From contig DATCTN010000021.1 of assembly GCA_036567965.1 (NCBI GenBank), forward strand, positions 8,906 to 72,905: a DNA stretch of 64,000 nt, given 5' to 3'. Below the pieces are notes generated by a model. That model was not told where the DNA came from. It did no database searches and saw only the letters and a program-made list of their open reading frames with translations. This stretch comes from Candidatus Kryptoniota bacterium. GTDB taxonomy: Bacteria > Bacteroidota > Ignavibacteria > Kryptoniales > JAKASW01. Below, piece by piece: positions 17,966-27,136 of this stretch. The translations under genes and the position numbers were made by a program. Every line of letters starts with the position of its first letter. Position 1 is the first letter of the stretch.

Positions 17966-18576
17966 CTCCTCTCGCACGCACAATCCAACAGATGGGAATG
18001 ATACTTCTGTTGACCGTATTTCAGTGCCGCCAGGGAGCGGCACAAAAAATAAATTTCGGAGCCTATACAACTTCTCAGGGCATCACTTTGAACGTCAGCG
18101 GAGACTTGAACTTCAACGACAAAGAGCCTGTAATCGTCAGCAACAGCAATGAGACTGTGACTATCGCCTTGAACGACAACGAGTCACAGTATATCCAAAT
18201 CGTCGGAGATGCCACAAGGGATATTACGATAACGATTATGGCTCCTTCGTATCTCACCGTCGGTGCGGGTGGTCCGGGCAACCAGGTATCATTCAACTGT
18301 CAATTCGCGTATTCGAACCTTGGATCAGACACTGTGTCAGCCGCAAAAGCAGTTGCGGTCCAGGTACCTTCAGGTTTTACGGCAATTACGCTGCCTATGC
18401 TTCGGCGGGCATCGGGTACACCACTTCCGCCACCGACACCAGCGCACGGTGGTTATACACCTCCCTCCGCGACAGCATATCTATTTCTCTATGGTTCGCT
18501 GGGACCGGTGGGAAATGTTACACCTGGAATTTATTCGGGAACGATCAATGTCAGCGTTGATTACACGACATATTGA
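17962..18576 (+). CDS. Pilin-like subunit 2 (SCPU/DUF4402-like)
   Basis: ATGA overlap with subunit 1. Signal peptide ...ILLLTVFQCRQGAAQ. It ends PGIYSGTINVSVDYTTY. Confidence 0.6.
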   Translation: MTPLARTIQQMGMILLLTVFQCRQGAAQKINFGAYTTSQGITLNVSGDLNFNDKEPVIVSNSNETVTIALNDNESQYIQIVGDATRDITITIMAPSYLTVGAGGPGNQVSFNCQFAYSNLGSDTVSAAKAVAVQVPSGFTAITLPMLRRASGTPLPPPTPAHGGYTPPSATAYLFLYGSLGPVGNVTPGIYSGTINVSVDYTTY

Positions 18577-18586
18577 TGCTAGTAAT

Positions 18587-19165
18587 ATGACAAGCTACGG
18601 ATCGGTCACCGCATGGGTGATCGTGCTGGCCATTGCAGTAATGACACTGACTGCCGGGATTCCACTTGAGAGCGAGGCCCAGGTAAAACCGACTCTCAAG
18701 ATCAAAGTGAACGTCGAATCGTCAGTGGGCATATCAAAGATGGATGCGGGGATGAAGGGTTTGCTTATTGAGGAGTCGCCTTTTCTCAAAGACCTTATCT
18801 CCGGAGAATTTGGTGAGCGCGATACCGTGAGCCTTAGCTCAGGTTACGCGATCTCAGCGTACGAAAACATAAGTGTTCTCGTGACGGTCACGACTCCCGG
18901 GCTGATTAGAGACGGGAACCCGAATTCACCACGGATCACTTGCGGTTACTTGAACGATGGGACTACTTATTTCAGGCGAGCTACAATCACGAACAAGAGT
19001 GCCATAGACTTCCGGTTAAGGAACAACAGTTTATTGAAACGTTCTATGAAGACAAGGAATCCACTTTTTGTGGCATATGTGTTTTTTTTAATCCATCAGC
19101 AAAAGGAGGAAATGGGAAATGAATATCCGTTGCCGATCTCGACCGTAACTGTCGAGTTCATCTAG
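18587..19165 (+). CDS. Pilin-like subunit 3 (divergent)
   Basis: The ATG lies 10 nt after the subunit 2 stop. Signal/TM segment AWVIVLAIAVMTLTAGIPLESEAQ. It ends PISTVTVEFI. Family assignment is weaker than for the other three subunits. Confidence 0.45.
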   Translation: MTSYGSVTAWVIVLAIAVMTLTAGIPLESEAQVKPTLKIKVNVESSVGISKMDAGMKGLLIEESPFLKDLISGEFGERDTVSLSSGYAISAYENISVLVTVTTPGLIRDGNPNSPRITCGYLNDGTTYFRRATITNKSAIDFRLRNNSLLKRSMKTRNPLFVAYVFFLIHQQKEEMGNEYPLPISTVTVEFI

Positions 19166-19250
19166 GAAAGATGATCCTTGAGGAAAGATTTTTCCGCAAA
19201 GAGAAGAAATAATTTTGAACAACAAATAACCAAGTACAAAGGAGGTACTT

Positions 19251-19802
19251 ATGTTGCGTAAACTGCAATTCGCCGCGCTCATCGCGATTGTCACGATGAT
19301 ATGCAGCGAGAACTCTTTCGCGCAAACGGGTTATGCGAAGACCCAGAATATTAACGCAAGCGCGAATATCTTTGCTACAATCACCCTTGCTTCTGCCGCA
19401 AATGTTGACTTCAGTAATATCAACGTGGGGCAGATACCGACGATAGATCCAACCGTAGCAGCATCAAGTTGGACAAACGTCGGAGCAAGTGCCACGCTCG
19501 GAGGATTCACGGTCGCAGGAAGTAATGGTGCGAACGTCACTGTGTCTTGGACAACCCAAGACCTGAGTGATGGCGCGTCCCATTCTGTGACATACTCCCC
19601 GTTGGTTTCCTATGGGGCCACTCAGGTGGGATCTACGTCAGTTGCCAGCGGAACGACGCACATACCCTTGGGGGCGACAGCAATGCCACTGTACATAGGC
19701 GGTCATCTGTACCAGCAGGGCACGTCAAACCCTGTTCCAGCAGCCCAGACGGCCGGAACATACACCGGCACCGTGACCTTCACCGTCGATTATGTACTGT
19801 GA
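19251..19802 (+). CDS. Pilin-like subunit 4 (SCPU/DUF4402-like; possible major subunit)
   Basis: Strong RBS (aaaggagg). Signal peptide MLRKLQFAALIAIVTMICSENSFAQ. VDFSNINVGQ resembles the DUF4402 L.FG motif. It ends AGTYTGTVTFTVDYVL. Confidence 0.7.
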   Translation: MLRKLQFAALIAIVTMICSENSFAQTGYAKTQNINASANIFATITLASAANVDFSNINVGQIPTIDPTVAASSWTNVGASATLGGFTVAGSNGANVTVSWTTQDLSDGASHSVTYSPLVSYGATQVGSTSVASGTTHIPLGATAMPLYIGGHLYQQGTSNPVPAAQTAGTYTGTVTFTVDYVL

Positions 19803-19983
19803 AGAAGACGTAATGCGCGATTCATTTCCAGTTGAATGAAAGGCGCGAGGGGAGGCCCTTTTGCAGAGGGCTTCCCTTGTTTTTACCAAGTTCAGAGATT
19901 CGTTCATATGGATGCTCTCTCGGTGGCAGGTGTCAATTGCATCGGGTCCGGCGGTTTAACTTAGAATACATTGGAGGACGCTC

Positions 19984-20835
19984 ATGAAACACATGATCAG
20001 AAGTTCAGCTTTGGCAGCGACAATCATCAATTTGATAATGTTTTCTTTCGGAGTAGAAGCTTCGTACTCCCAGGTTAGTGTAGCTCCGTCGTCAGTCTTC
20101 ATTCACGGCAAAGGCGGCATCGGCAACCTTTACATAACGAACAACTCTTCAACCCCACAGGAAATCAGCATAGACTTCACTTTTGGGTATCCGGGCGCAG
20201 ACAGTGCAGGGAACCCGGTGATGAACTACAACGATACTATTGCAGCCCAAGCTTATGCCCTGAATCCATTTATAAAGGCATATCCGAAAGCTTTTACTCT
20301 GAACCCTGGCGAAGAGCAGACCGTCAGATTTCAGGTGCGCACGAACGGTTCCGTTAGGAATGCTTTTTATTTTACAAGAGTAAAAGTCACTTCGAATCAA
20401 AAATCTGCAGAGATCGAAAGAAAACAGAGCGACTCGGTAGCAGCTCAAGTCAGATTCAGGTTTAATCAGATACTTCCCGTTTTCTATCAAAAGGGAGATG
20501 TTTCGACAGGCTTGACAATCCACGACGTAAGCACTCTGATCAATAATGATACGCTTGAGGCTGTTGCGGATGTCGAGCGCACTGGGACTGCACCCTTCAT
20601 CGGAAGCGTCAGAGCGGAGCTTTTTTCTCCTGCAAATGAAAGGGTAGCACTATTCGAATCAACCATCTCAATCTATTTTAGAATGAAAGACAAGATGGAA
20701 CTTGACCTGTCCAAGGCAGGAAAAGGGCCGCATCGGTTAGTGCTGACATATGAGACGAAACGCTCAGACGTCTCAGCGGAGGACCTGCTGCAGACACTCC
20801 CGGTATCAAAAGAAGTAACAGTGAATCTTCCGTAA
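19984..20835 (+). CDS. Putative periplasmic pilus chaperone (PapD-like)
   Basis: Signal peptide, then VSVAPSSVFIHGKGGIGNLYITNNSSTPQEISIDF, which resembles the first beta-strands of PapD-family chaperones (v.v.P.r......l.v.N.s....). It sits between the subunits and the usher-like gene. Confidence 0.55.
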   Translation: MKHMIRSSALAATIINLIMFSFGVEASYSQVSVAPSSVFIHGKGGIGNLYITNNSSTPQEISIDFTFGYPGADSAGNPVMNYNDTIAAQAYALNPFIKAYPKAFTLNPGEEQTVRFQVRTNGSVRNAFYFTRVKVTSNQKSAEIERKQSDSVAAQVRFRFNQILPVFYQKGDVSTGLTIHDVSTLINNDTLEAVADVERTGTAPFIGSVRAELFSPANERVALFESTISIYFRMKDKMELDLSKAGKGPHRLVLTYETKRSDVSAEDLLQTLPVSKEVTVNLP

Positions 20836-21181
20836 TGGGCGCGATGCAGATTCGTGATTGCGAGTCTGCAGATCTCGGCCGAAGCAATCCCATACTAGGA
20901 GCCAGATTGCAGACTGCAGCTATTCCGCTCACTAATTTTGGGCGAGGATGCCTGGAATCTTGAGGGGGCGCCTCATCGCTGAGCTCACCCCGCCTATGGC
21001 AGGGCTTGTCGCAATTAAGGTGTTAAAGCGTTTCACAGCATGCCTTGAAGGGTCGACGGACTACCTTAAAACGTGTCGTACGGTGACCGAGGCGTGACGA
21101 AAGAGTGTAACCGGCAAATGCTTGTCAGGACAATCAGCTTGCGGGTTGAATTGGGATACATCGCCAGTGTGTGACTTGCCC

Positions 21182-24100
21182 ATGTCAGGAGAATCTCGTC
21201 ACGCTGTGGGAGTCGTCCTCGCGGTGCTAGGCATGACATCTGCCTTTTCTTTCCTTGCGCCGTCTCAGTCGTTGAGTCAACAATCTCCGCAATATGAAGA
21301 AGTTGTCTTCGGATTCACTTTAAAAGAACTGGGAAGTTACAATATATCGGTGGCCGTCAAGAACGACAGGATTTACCTTCCCGTTATGGAATTGTTCAAC
21401 ATTTTCGAAGTGTATTTTACGATCGAGGGACAAAACGTCATAAAGGGAACGTACCTCTCTTCAAAATTTCCGCTGGTCATCGATCCGGTAAATAGGATTG
21501 TTACGCTTGGTGATAAAAGATACGGACTTGCACCGGATGAGATTTTTAAAGGTGACATGGATATCTATATGTCCCCGGAAAAATTCGGAGAGATTTTCGG
21601 CGTCAACAGCACAGTTAATATGAACCGGCTTCAGATAATCGCCGAGACTGACAAAGAACTCCCCGCACTCGTTCGCAGGAGAACTCTATTGGAGCGATCG
21701 GAGACGATGAGCACCGCCGTGGTGCCGGTGAAATATCCGCTCAGGTTCGATCGCGAGCGTTCGCTAATCGACGGCGCAGTGCTGGACTATAACATCACTA
21801 ATTCACTGAACGGTCTCTCATCGCAGGCAACCAGCATGACGTTTACCGGCGGAGGAGAAGTCGCGGGAGGCGATGTGCAGGGGAGCCTTATCGCTGGCAC
21901 TGGCCAGACCCCATCATACAGCGACGTTCGCTGGCGCTATGTCGTGCGGGAGAATAAATATTTCAGCTCGTTCGCGGCGGGTCAGATCCTCACAAGCAGT
22001 GAGTTCATCCCGAGGGTCACCGGCATCGCACTCTCGAACGAACCGGTTGAACCGCGAGTCATGTTTGACAACTACGTGGTTGACGGATATACAGAGCCGG
22101 AGTCCGATGTCGAGTTGTATCTTAACGATCGCCTCATCGATTTCCAGCGAGCAGATGCGGCGGGATACTACCGCTTCCAGTTCCCGCTTATGTACGGGAC
22201 GATGCGCTTGGCAGTGAAAACCTTCTCTAAATACGGCGACATCAACGTGGAGGAGAAGCAGGTTCAAGTCCCCTTCTCGTTTGTGCCGGGCGGCGTGCTG
22301 AGTTACGACATCCAAGCCGGGAAGGCGGATGAGAGTACCGTGGCGGCGAAGGATGTGTATTTGGGCGATGCCAATTTTCTTTTCGGCGCCACCAACTGGC
22401 TGACGATCAATGGCGGCCTCGAGCAGAGTCTCAACAGCGGCCTCGGGAAACTCATCTATCATGGTGGATTCTCATCCCGATTGTTCTCACAATACATTGT
22501 CGATATGGATCTTGCGCCAGACGCATATTATCGACTGGACGCAAACACTCTTTTCGCCTCGAACGCGGGCGTGTTCGTCCAGTACGCGAAATACATGTTG
22601 ACTGATACGGTCATCGGCACGATGCCGCAACAGAACGCGAGTCTCGCACTCTACCTGCCGCTCACGTTCATCTCTCCCGGCACGGGGTTCAGGCTCTCCG
22701 AGGATTACATTGATGCGGAGCCGGGCAAACGTCTGTCACCGCGATTCGATCTCTCGACGCGTCTTACCGATGTACAGCTGCTGATAAGTTATAGTGAGGT
22801 GACGAACGGTTCGGGCGTGCGCCCGTTGAACTTTGCCGGCGATGGGCTTGTCGCGGTTACAGCTATGTACTCACTTCCAAGAGGATCAATTCTGCCTGCA
22901 TTCCTGAGGGCTTTTTTGTTGCGCGGGCAGGCAAGCTACGACCTGGGTGCAAAAACCTTCCAGGATGTGACCCTGCAAGCCTCGAAAACGTTCGCTCAGG
23001 TCTTCCAGTTCAACCTGGGAGTCACGCACAATGTTGCTGCCCACCTGACAACTGTTGAGGCCGGACTAATCATGGACCTGGATGTAACGCGCGAATCTTC
23101 GGTCTTTGATGTATCGAGCGGGACCAGCACCTCGCGTCACTCGCTCTACGGTTCGGTAGGAGTCGATCGCAACAGAGTGTCATTTTCAAACCGAGAAGAG
23201 ATCGGGAAGGGCGGCGTCGATGTGATACTGTTCGTCGATAACAATGATAATGGCGTGTATGATGCAGGCGATGAGTTGATCCCCGCGAAAGGTGTCAAGC
23301 TAGATGGCATGGGGAAAGTCGAACTCGGAAGCGACAGTGTCATACACGTGTCGCAGCTGGAAAGCTATTTCAGATACAATCTTGAAGTCGACAGGCAGCA
23401 GATTGATCCTAATCTGGTTCCGACAACTGACAAGTTCTCTTTTGTTGCCGACCCGAATCAATTCAAGCGAATCGAGATCCCGTTTTACCGTGGAGGGACG
23501 ATTTCGGGAACCGTCTATCTTGAAAAAGACGGAAGTCGTACACCGTTAAGCGGAACCCGCGTCATCTTGCGATCGACCGAAGGGACTTACGGCGATACCC
23601 TTCATACGTTTGCCGACGGCGGTTTCTACGCCATGAATATCGCACCCGGGAATTACACCCTCTCGGTGGATTCCACGCAGCTTCAATTCCTCGGGGCGAT
23701 GCAGGAGGACGGTCCCTTGGACCTTACCGTGCATCGTTCTCAAGAGGGTGATGTCATCGATACTCTTGAAATTGTAATTGTAAACCGGGGGTGGAAGATC
23801 AATCTCAACGTGGAAGACGAAGCGCAGAGATTGATTTCGAGACTGAATGAATTGGAAATGAGGTGGGCAGCAGCAAAACAGAGGGGAGACAGTTTGAGAC
23901 AGGCGATAAACGCGGAGGGTGTAGCGGCCGCCGAAAAGCAGATGACGTGGCCGGAAACAAAAACGCCAAACAAATCGGCAGTCGGAGGAAAAGACTTGAT
24001 CACTGATTACCAGAATGCATTGAGGGAATTTGCGCACGAGGATTTTGACGGTGCGGCTGTTGCGCTTCAAGAAATATTGGATCGGAACCCGCCAGATGAT

Positions 24101-24712
24101 ATTACTGACCACTGCCACTACTGGATCGGAGAATGCAAGTATGCGGCGAAGGAATATGGGGAGGCCCTGCGGGAATTCACCGAGGTGCTCAGTTTCGGAT
24201 CATCTGTGAAGAAGGGCGACGCGCAGTTCATGATCGGACGATGTTACGAAAGAATGGGCAAAAGGGATCAAGCAATAGAGGCCTTCCGAATAGTTGTGAG
24301 ACACTATCCGATGAACGAAAATGTCGATAGGGCAAATGAGAACATTGCCAGACTGGTAAAGTACGAAAACGGCTTGGTGGCTTTCAATTCGGAAAATTAC
24401 ACCGATGCAGCAATGGCATTTAGGGAAATTCTGATTGAAAAAGTGCCGGACGACATTGCTGCTCACTGTTATTACTGGATCGGGGAATCGCAATTCGCGG
24501 CACGGAATTATCGGGAAGCGCTTCAGGAATTCCGGAAAATACTCACTTCCAGGCGATCTGTGAAGATAGGGGACGCGCTCTTCATGATCGGCCGATGTTT
24601 CGAGAAGATGGGGGAGAAGGCGAAGGCAAGAGAGACTTTTCAGAAGCTCGTGGAAGACTACCCAATGAATGGAAACGTCAAGACGGCAAAGAAACACCTG
24701 TCCAAATTGTAA
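21182..24712 (+). CDS. Usher-like outer-membrane protein fused to a CarboxypepD_reg-like domain and two CpoB/YbgF-type TPR modules
   Basis: The segment IPRVTGIALSNEPVEPRVMFDNYVVDGYTEPESDVELYLNDRLIDFQRADAAGYYRFQFPLMYGTMRLAVKTFSKYGDINVEEKQVQVPFSFVP parallels the FimD/PapC plug region. GTISGTVYLEKDGSRTPLSGTRVIL...GGFYAMNIAPGNYTL is CarboxypepD_reg-like. The C-terminus has two tandem repeats of about 115 aa (HCHYWIGECKYAAKEY.../HCYYWIGESQFAARNY...) like YbgF/CpoB. The start could instead be the TTG at 21122. Confidence 0.55.
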   Translation: MSGESRHAVGVVLAVLGMTSAFSFLAPSQSLSQQSPQYEEVVFGFTLKELGSYNISVAVKNDRIYLPVMELFNIFEVYFTIEGQNVIKGTYLSSKFPLVIDPVNRIVTLGDKRYGLAPDEIFKGDMDIYMSPEKFGEIFGVNSTVNMNRLQIIAETDKELPALVRRRTLLERSETMSTAVVPVKYPLRFDRERSLIDGAVLDYNITNSLNGLSSQATSMTFTGGGEVAGGDVQGSLIAGTGQTPSYSDVRWRYVVRENKYFSSFAAGQILTSSEFIPRVTGIALSNEPVEPRVMFDNYVVDGYTEPESDVELYLNDRLIDFQRADAAGYYRFQFPLMYGTMRLAVKTFSKYGDINVEEKQVQVPFSFVPGGVLSYDIQAGKADESTVAAKDVYLGDANFLFGATNWLTINGGLEQSLNSGLGKLIYHGGFSSRLFSQYIVDMDLAPDAYYRLDANTLFASNAGVFVQYAKYMLTDTVIGTMPQQNASLALYLPLTFISPGTGFRLSEDYIDAEPGKRLSPRFDLSTRLTDVQLLISYSEVTNGSGVRPLNFAGDGLVAVTAMYSLPRGSILPAFLRAFLLRGQASYDLGAKTFQDVTLQASKTFAQVFQFNLGVTHNVAAHLTTVEAGLIMDLDVTRESSVFDVSSGTSTSRHSLYGSVGVDRNRVSFSNREEIGKGGVDVILFVDNNDNGVYDAGDELIPAKGVKLDGMGKVELGSDSVIHVSQLESYFRYNLEVDRQQIDPNLVPTTDKFSFVADPNQFKRIEIPFYRGGTISGTVYLEKDGSRTPLSGTRVILRSTEGTYGDTLHTFADGGFYAMNIAPGNYTLSVDSTQLQFLGAMQEDGPLDLTVHRSQEGDVIDTLEIVIVNRGWKINLNVEDEAQRLISRLNELEMRWAAAKQRGDSLRQAINAEGVAAAEKQMTWPETKTPNKSAVGGKDLITDYQNALREFAHEDFDGAAVALQEILDRNPPDDITDHCHYWIGECKYAAKEYGEALREFTEVLSFGSSVKKGDAQFMIGRCYERMGKRDQAIEAFRIVVRHYPMNENVDRANENIARLVKYENGLVAFNSENYTDAAMAFREILIEKVPDDIAAHCYYWIGESQFAARNYREALQEFRKILTSRRSVKIGDALFMIGRCFEKMGEKAKARETFQKLVEDYPMNGNVKTAKKHLSKL

Positions 24713-25046
24713 AATACTGATCGTCACAATTGGCCGCCCATAGAATTGTGATGCACCCGGCATTGCACTACTCCTCACATGCAGCGGCGCCCACCCCTCC
24801 ACATTTCCACATAATCACCATAACACATTTTGCACCCGGATGACTCTCTGTTAGCCAGCCTATTCCAACTGGAACCATCCTCGTCTTGAAATGGTTGTCT
24901 ACTATTAATCGAGAAGGACTTTTTTCCTAATCATCGAGTTGCGACATCACTGAACCATGGAGCCAATAGAGACCTGGACATTTGATTCTGACCAGCCTTC
25001 CGCAAAGTTATCACATCCTATCTTACATTAGGAAAGGAATATCGTC

Positions 25047-25317
25047 ATGGGCAAGCTGTCCCTGGGTATTGCAGTGGCAATTTGTGTATCAGCTCCTTAA
25101 GTTTATTCTCAATATTTCCGGAGACAGACCTTCGGACCCTACGGTGGTACAGTTCAATCTATTCTTACAACCGGATCAGACACGGTGTTCACCGGTACTT
25201 ACGGCGGCCTTTTCCGATCTGTTGATGATGCGGCGAGCTGGAGTCTGTCGGGTCACAGCACAGGGTGTATCGGGAGAGAAATTTCTATCCACGAAGAAAT
25301 TGATGCTTGTAAAATGA
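25047..25317 (+). pseudogene. Decayed remnant of a T9SS-secreted propeller protein
   Basis: RBS plus MGKLSLGIAVAICVSAP, then a stop. A second frame reads TGSDTVFTGTYGGLFRSVDDAASWS (Asp-box-like). A third frame ends ...GEKFLSTKKLMLVK, a T9SS sorting-domain tail. The three pieces lie in three frames within 270 bp. Confidence 0.4.
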
Positions 25318-25653
25318 TAAGAGATGGATTCAGGCGGGACTTTCAAGTGCTACTTAATAGTTTAAACATACATATCATGCATAGTCGGTCGAACGAGAAA
25401 TTTGACCGGTCGGATATTTTTTTCAAGATCTGCCCGAGTTCCGTTTGCACATCGCCGTACGGGCGCATAAATTATTCGGTTCGATTTGTTGATGGAAAAA
25501 GTCTCAAAATGAACAGGCTTCTTTTCCGGCGGCTTCATCGTTCGAATTACGGTTCCACGTTTGATTGAGTAGGTTTGATATTTCAGAAATGAACCAGGAT
25601 CAATAGGGCAGCCAGCGGAATCTGAGACCGCGACCTGCCGGAGGAGGATTCAA

Positions 25654-26907
25654 TTGGAAAAGCCCGCTTTCAAGGTATATGGTTATCGGTGGCTTATACT
25701 GCTGGTGTACATGCTGGTCGCAGCATTTAACCAGTTGGTCTGGATAACATTCGCTCCAATCACTGACTCCGCCGCAGCATTCTACGGTGTCTCGCAGCTC
25801 GACATCGGACTTCTCTCGATGAGTTTCATGATTGCTTATCTTGTCGTTTCCATCCCGGCTTCATGGGTGATCGACACGTACGGTTATCGAGTTGCAGTGG
25901 GCATCGGTGCGGCGCTTACAGGCATCTTCGGTTTGATGCGCGGAATGGTCGCGTCGAATTTCACTCTCGTGATGATCGCGCAAATTGGAACGGCAGTGGG
26001 ACAGCCATTTATCCTGAATGCCCTGACAAAAGTTGCGGCCCGCTGGTTCCCAATCCAGGAACGCGCGACCGCGTCTGGACTCGGCTCACTCGCAATGTAC
26101 ATCGGAATACTTGCGGGCCTCGCTCTGACACCTCCCCTTGCGTTAAGCGCAGGGATGACCAACATGCTGATGTACTACGGGATCGGTGCGATTGCCGCCG
26201 CCGTAGTATTCATTCTGCTCGCGCGAGAACATCCCGCGACTCCTCCGGGTCCCCCTGAACTCGAGGAACGCGCGCTCATGTTCGACGGGATGAAACAAAT
26301 TCTGCGGAAGAAAAACTTCATATTCCTCATGGCAATCTTCTTCGTAGGACTCGGTGTATTCAACAGCGTGACAACATGGATCGAGGATATAATTGGTCCC
26401 CGGGGCTTCACTGCAACTCAGGCAGGGAATGCAGGCGGCCTCATGATCGTTGGAGGCATAGTCGGAGCCGTAATACTTCCTACTCTTTCCGACCGTTATC
26501 GAAAGAGAGTGCCGTTCATTATTCTCGGGTTGGCGGGCACTGTTCCGGGACTGCTCGGCATTACCTTCGCGAGTACCGTCGGACTTCTGTACGCTTCATG
26601 TTTCGCGCTTGGATTCTTTCTTTTGAGCTGCGGACCGATCGGGTTTCAATATGGCGCGGAGATCGGTAGGCCGACACCTGAAGGAACTTCTAACGGTCTC
26701 CTCCTCCTCATGGGCCAGATATCGGGAATCGCATTCATTTTCGCCATGGACAGTTTTAGGGTGGGTCCCGCCGGCTCGATGACACCATCTCTGCTCGCAA
26801 TGATCGGGCTTATTATCGTGGGCCTGCTGTTCGCGACAAGGCTCAGGGAGTCGGATCTTGTCGGGAATGTGGCGTTGCAATCGCGACAGGTCTCGGAACC
26901 AACTTGA
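25654..26907 (+). CDS. MFS transporter
   Basis: 417 aa with about 12 hydrophobic segments. TTG start preceded by GGAGGAGG. Substrate unknown. Confidence 0.8.
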   Translation: MEKPAFKVYGYRWLILLVYMLVAAFNQLVWITFAPITDSAAAFYGVSQLDIGLLSMSFMIAYLVVSIPASWVIDTYGYRVAVGIGAALTGIFGLMRGMVASNFTLVMIAQIGTAVGQPFILNALTKVAARWFPIQERATASGLGSLAMYIGILAGLALTPPLALSAGMTNMLMYYGIGAIAAAVVFILLAREHPATPPGPPELEERALMFDGMKQILRKKNFIFLMAIFFVGLGVFNSVTTWIEDIIGPRGFTATQAGNAGGLMIVGGIVGAVILPTLSDRYRKRVPFIILGLAGTVPGLLGITFASTVGLLYASCFALGFFLLSCGPIGFQYGAEIGRPTPEGTSNGLLLLMGQISGIAFIFAMDSFRVGPAGSMTPSLLAMIGLIIVGLLFATRLRESDLVGNVALQSRQVSEPT

Positions 26908-27136
26908 TCGCCGGGAAATCCTGCGCTTCGCGGATTCGCTCATTGCCTTCACTCTAACGCCCGGACTGTCCTTTCGATTCGCATGAGCATCGGGAGGTTC
27001 GCAGACATGGAGATTCATGTCGTCGCAATAACTCCTTAGTTTGACTCGCTACCCGGTCGTTCGCAATTTCCAATTCTTGTCCATAACTTTCACAGTCGGT
27101 TTAACTCATATCACGAAACTAACTGCGAATTCTGCC

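Noticed and set aside
21914-24802. Long antisense ORFs inside the usher-like gene (21914..22462, 23546..24118, 24200..24802).
   Set aside because: They are shadow ORFs opposite a well-supported 1180-aa coding frame, and they have no motifs.
25185-25568. 127-aa plus-strand ORF downstream of the usher-like gene.
   Set aside because: Only its first 30 or so residues look protein-like (the Asp-box fragment), and these are better explained as part of the decayed cargo-gene remnant. The remainder has no coding character.
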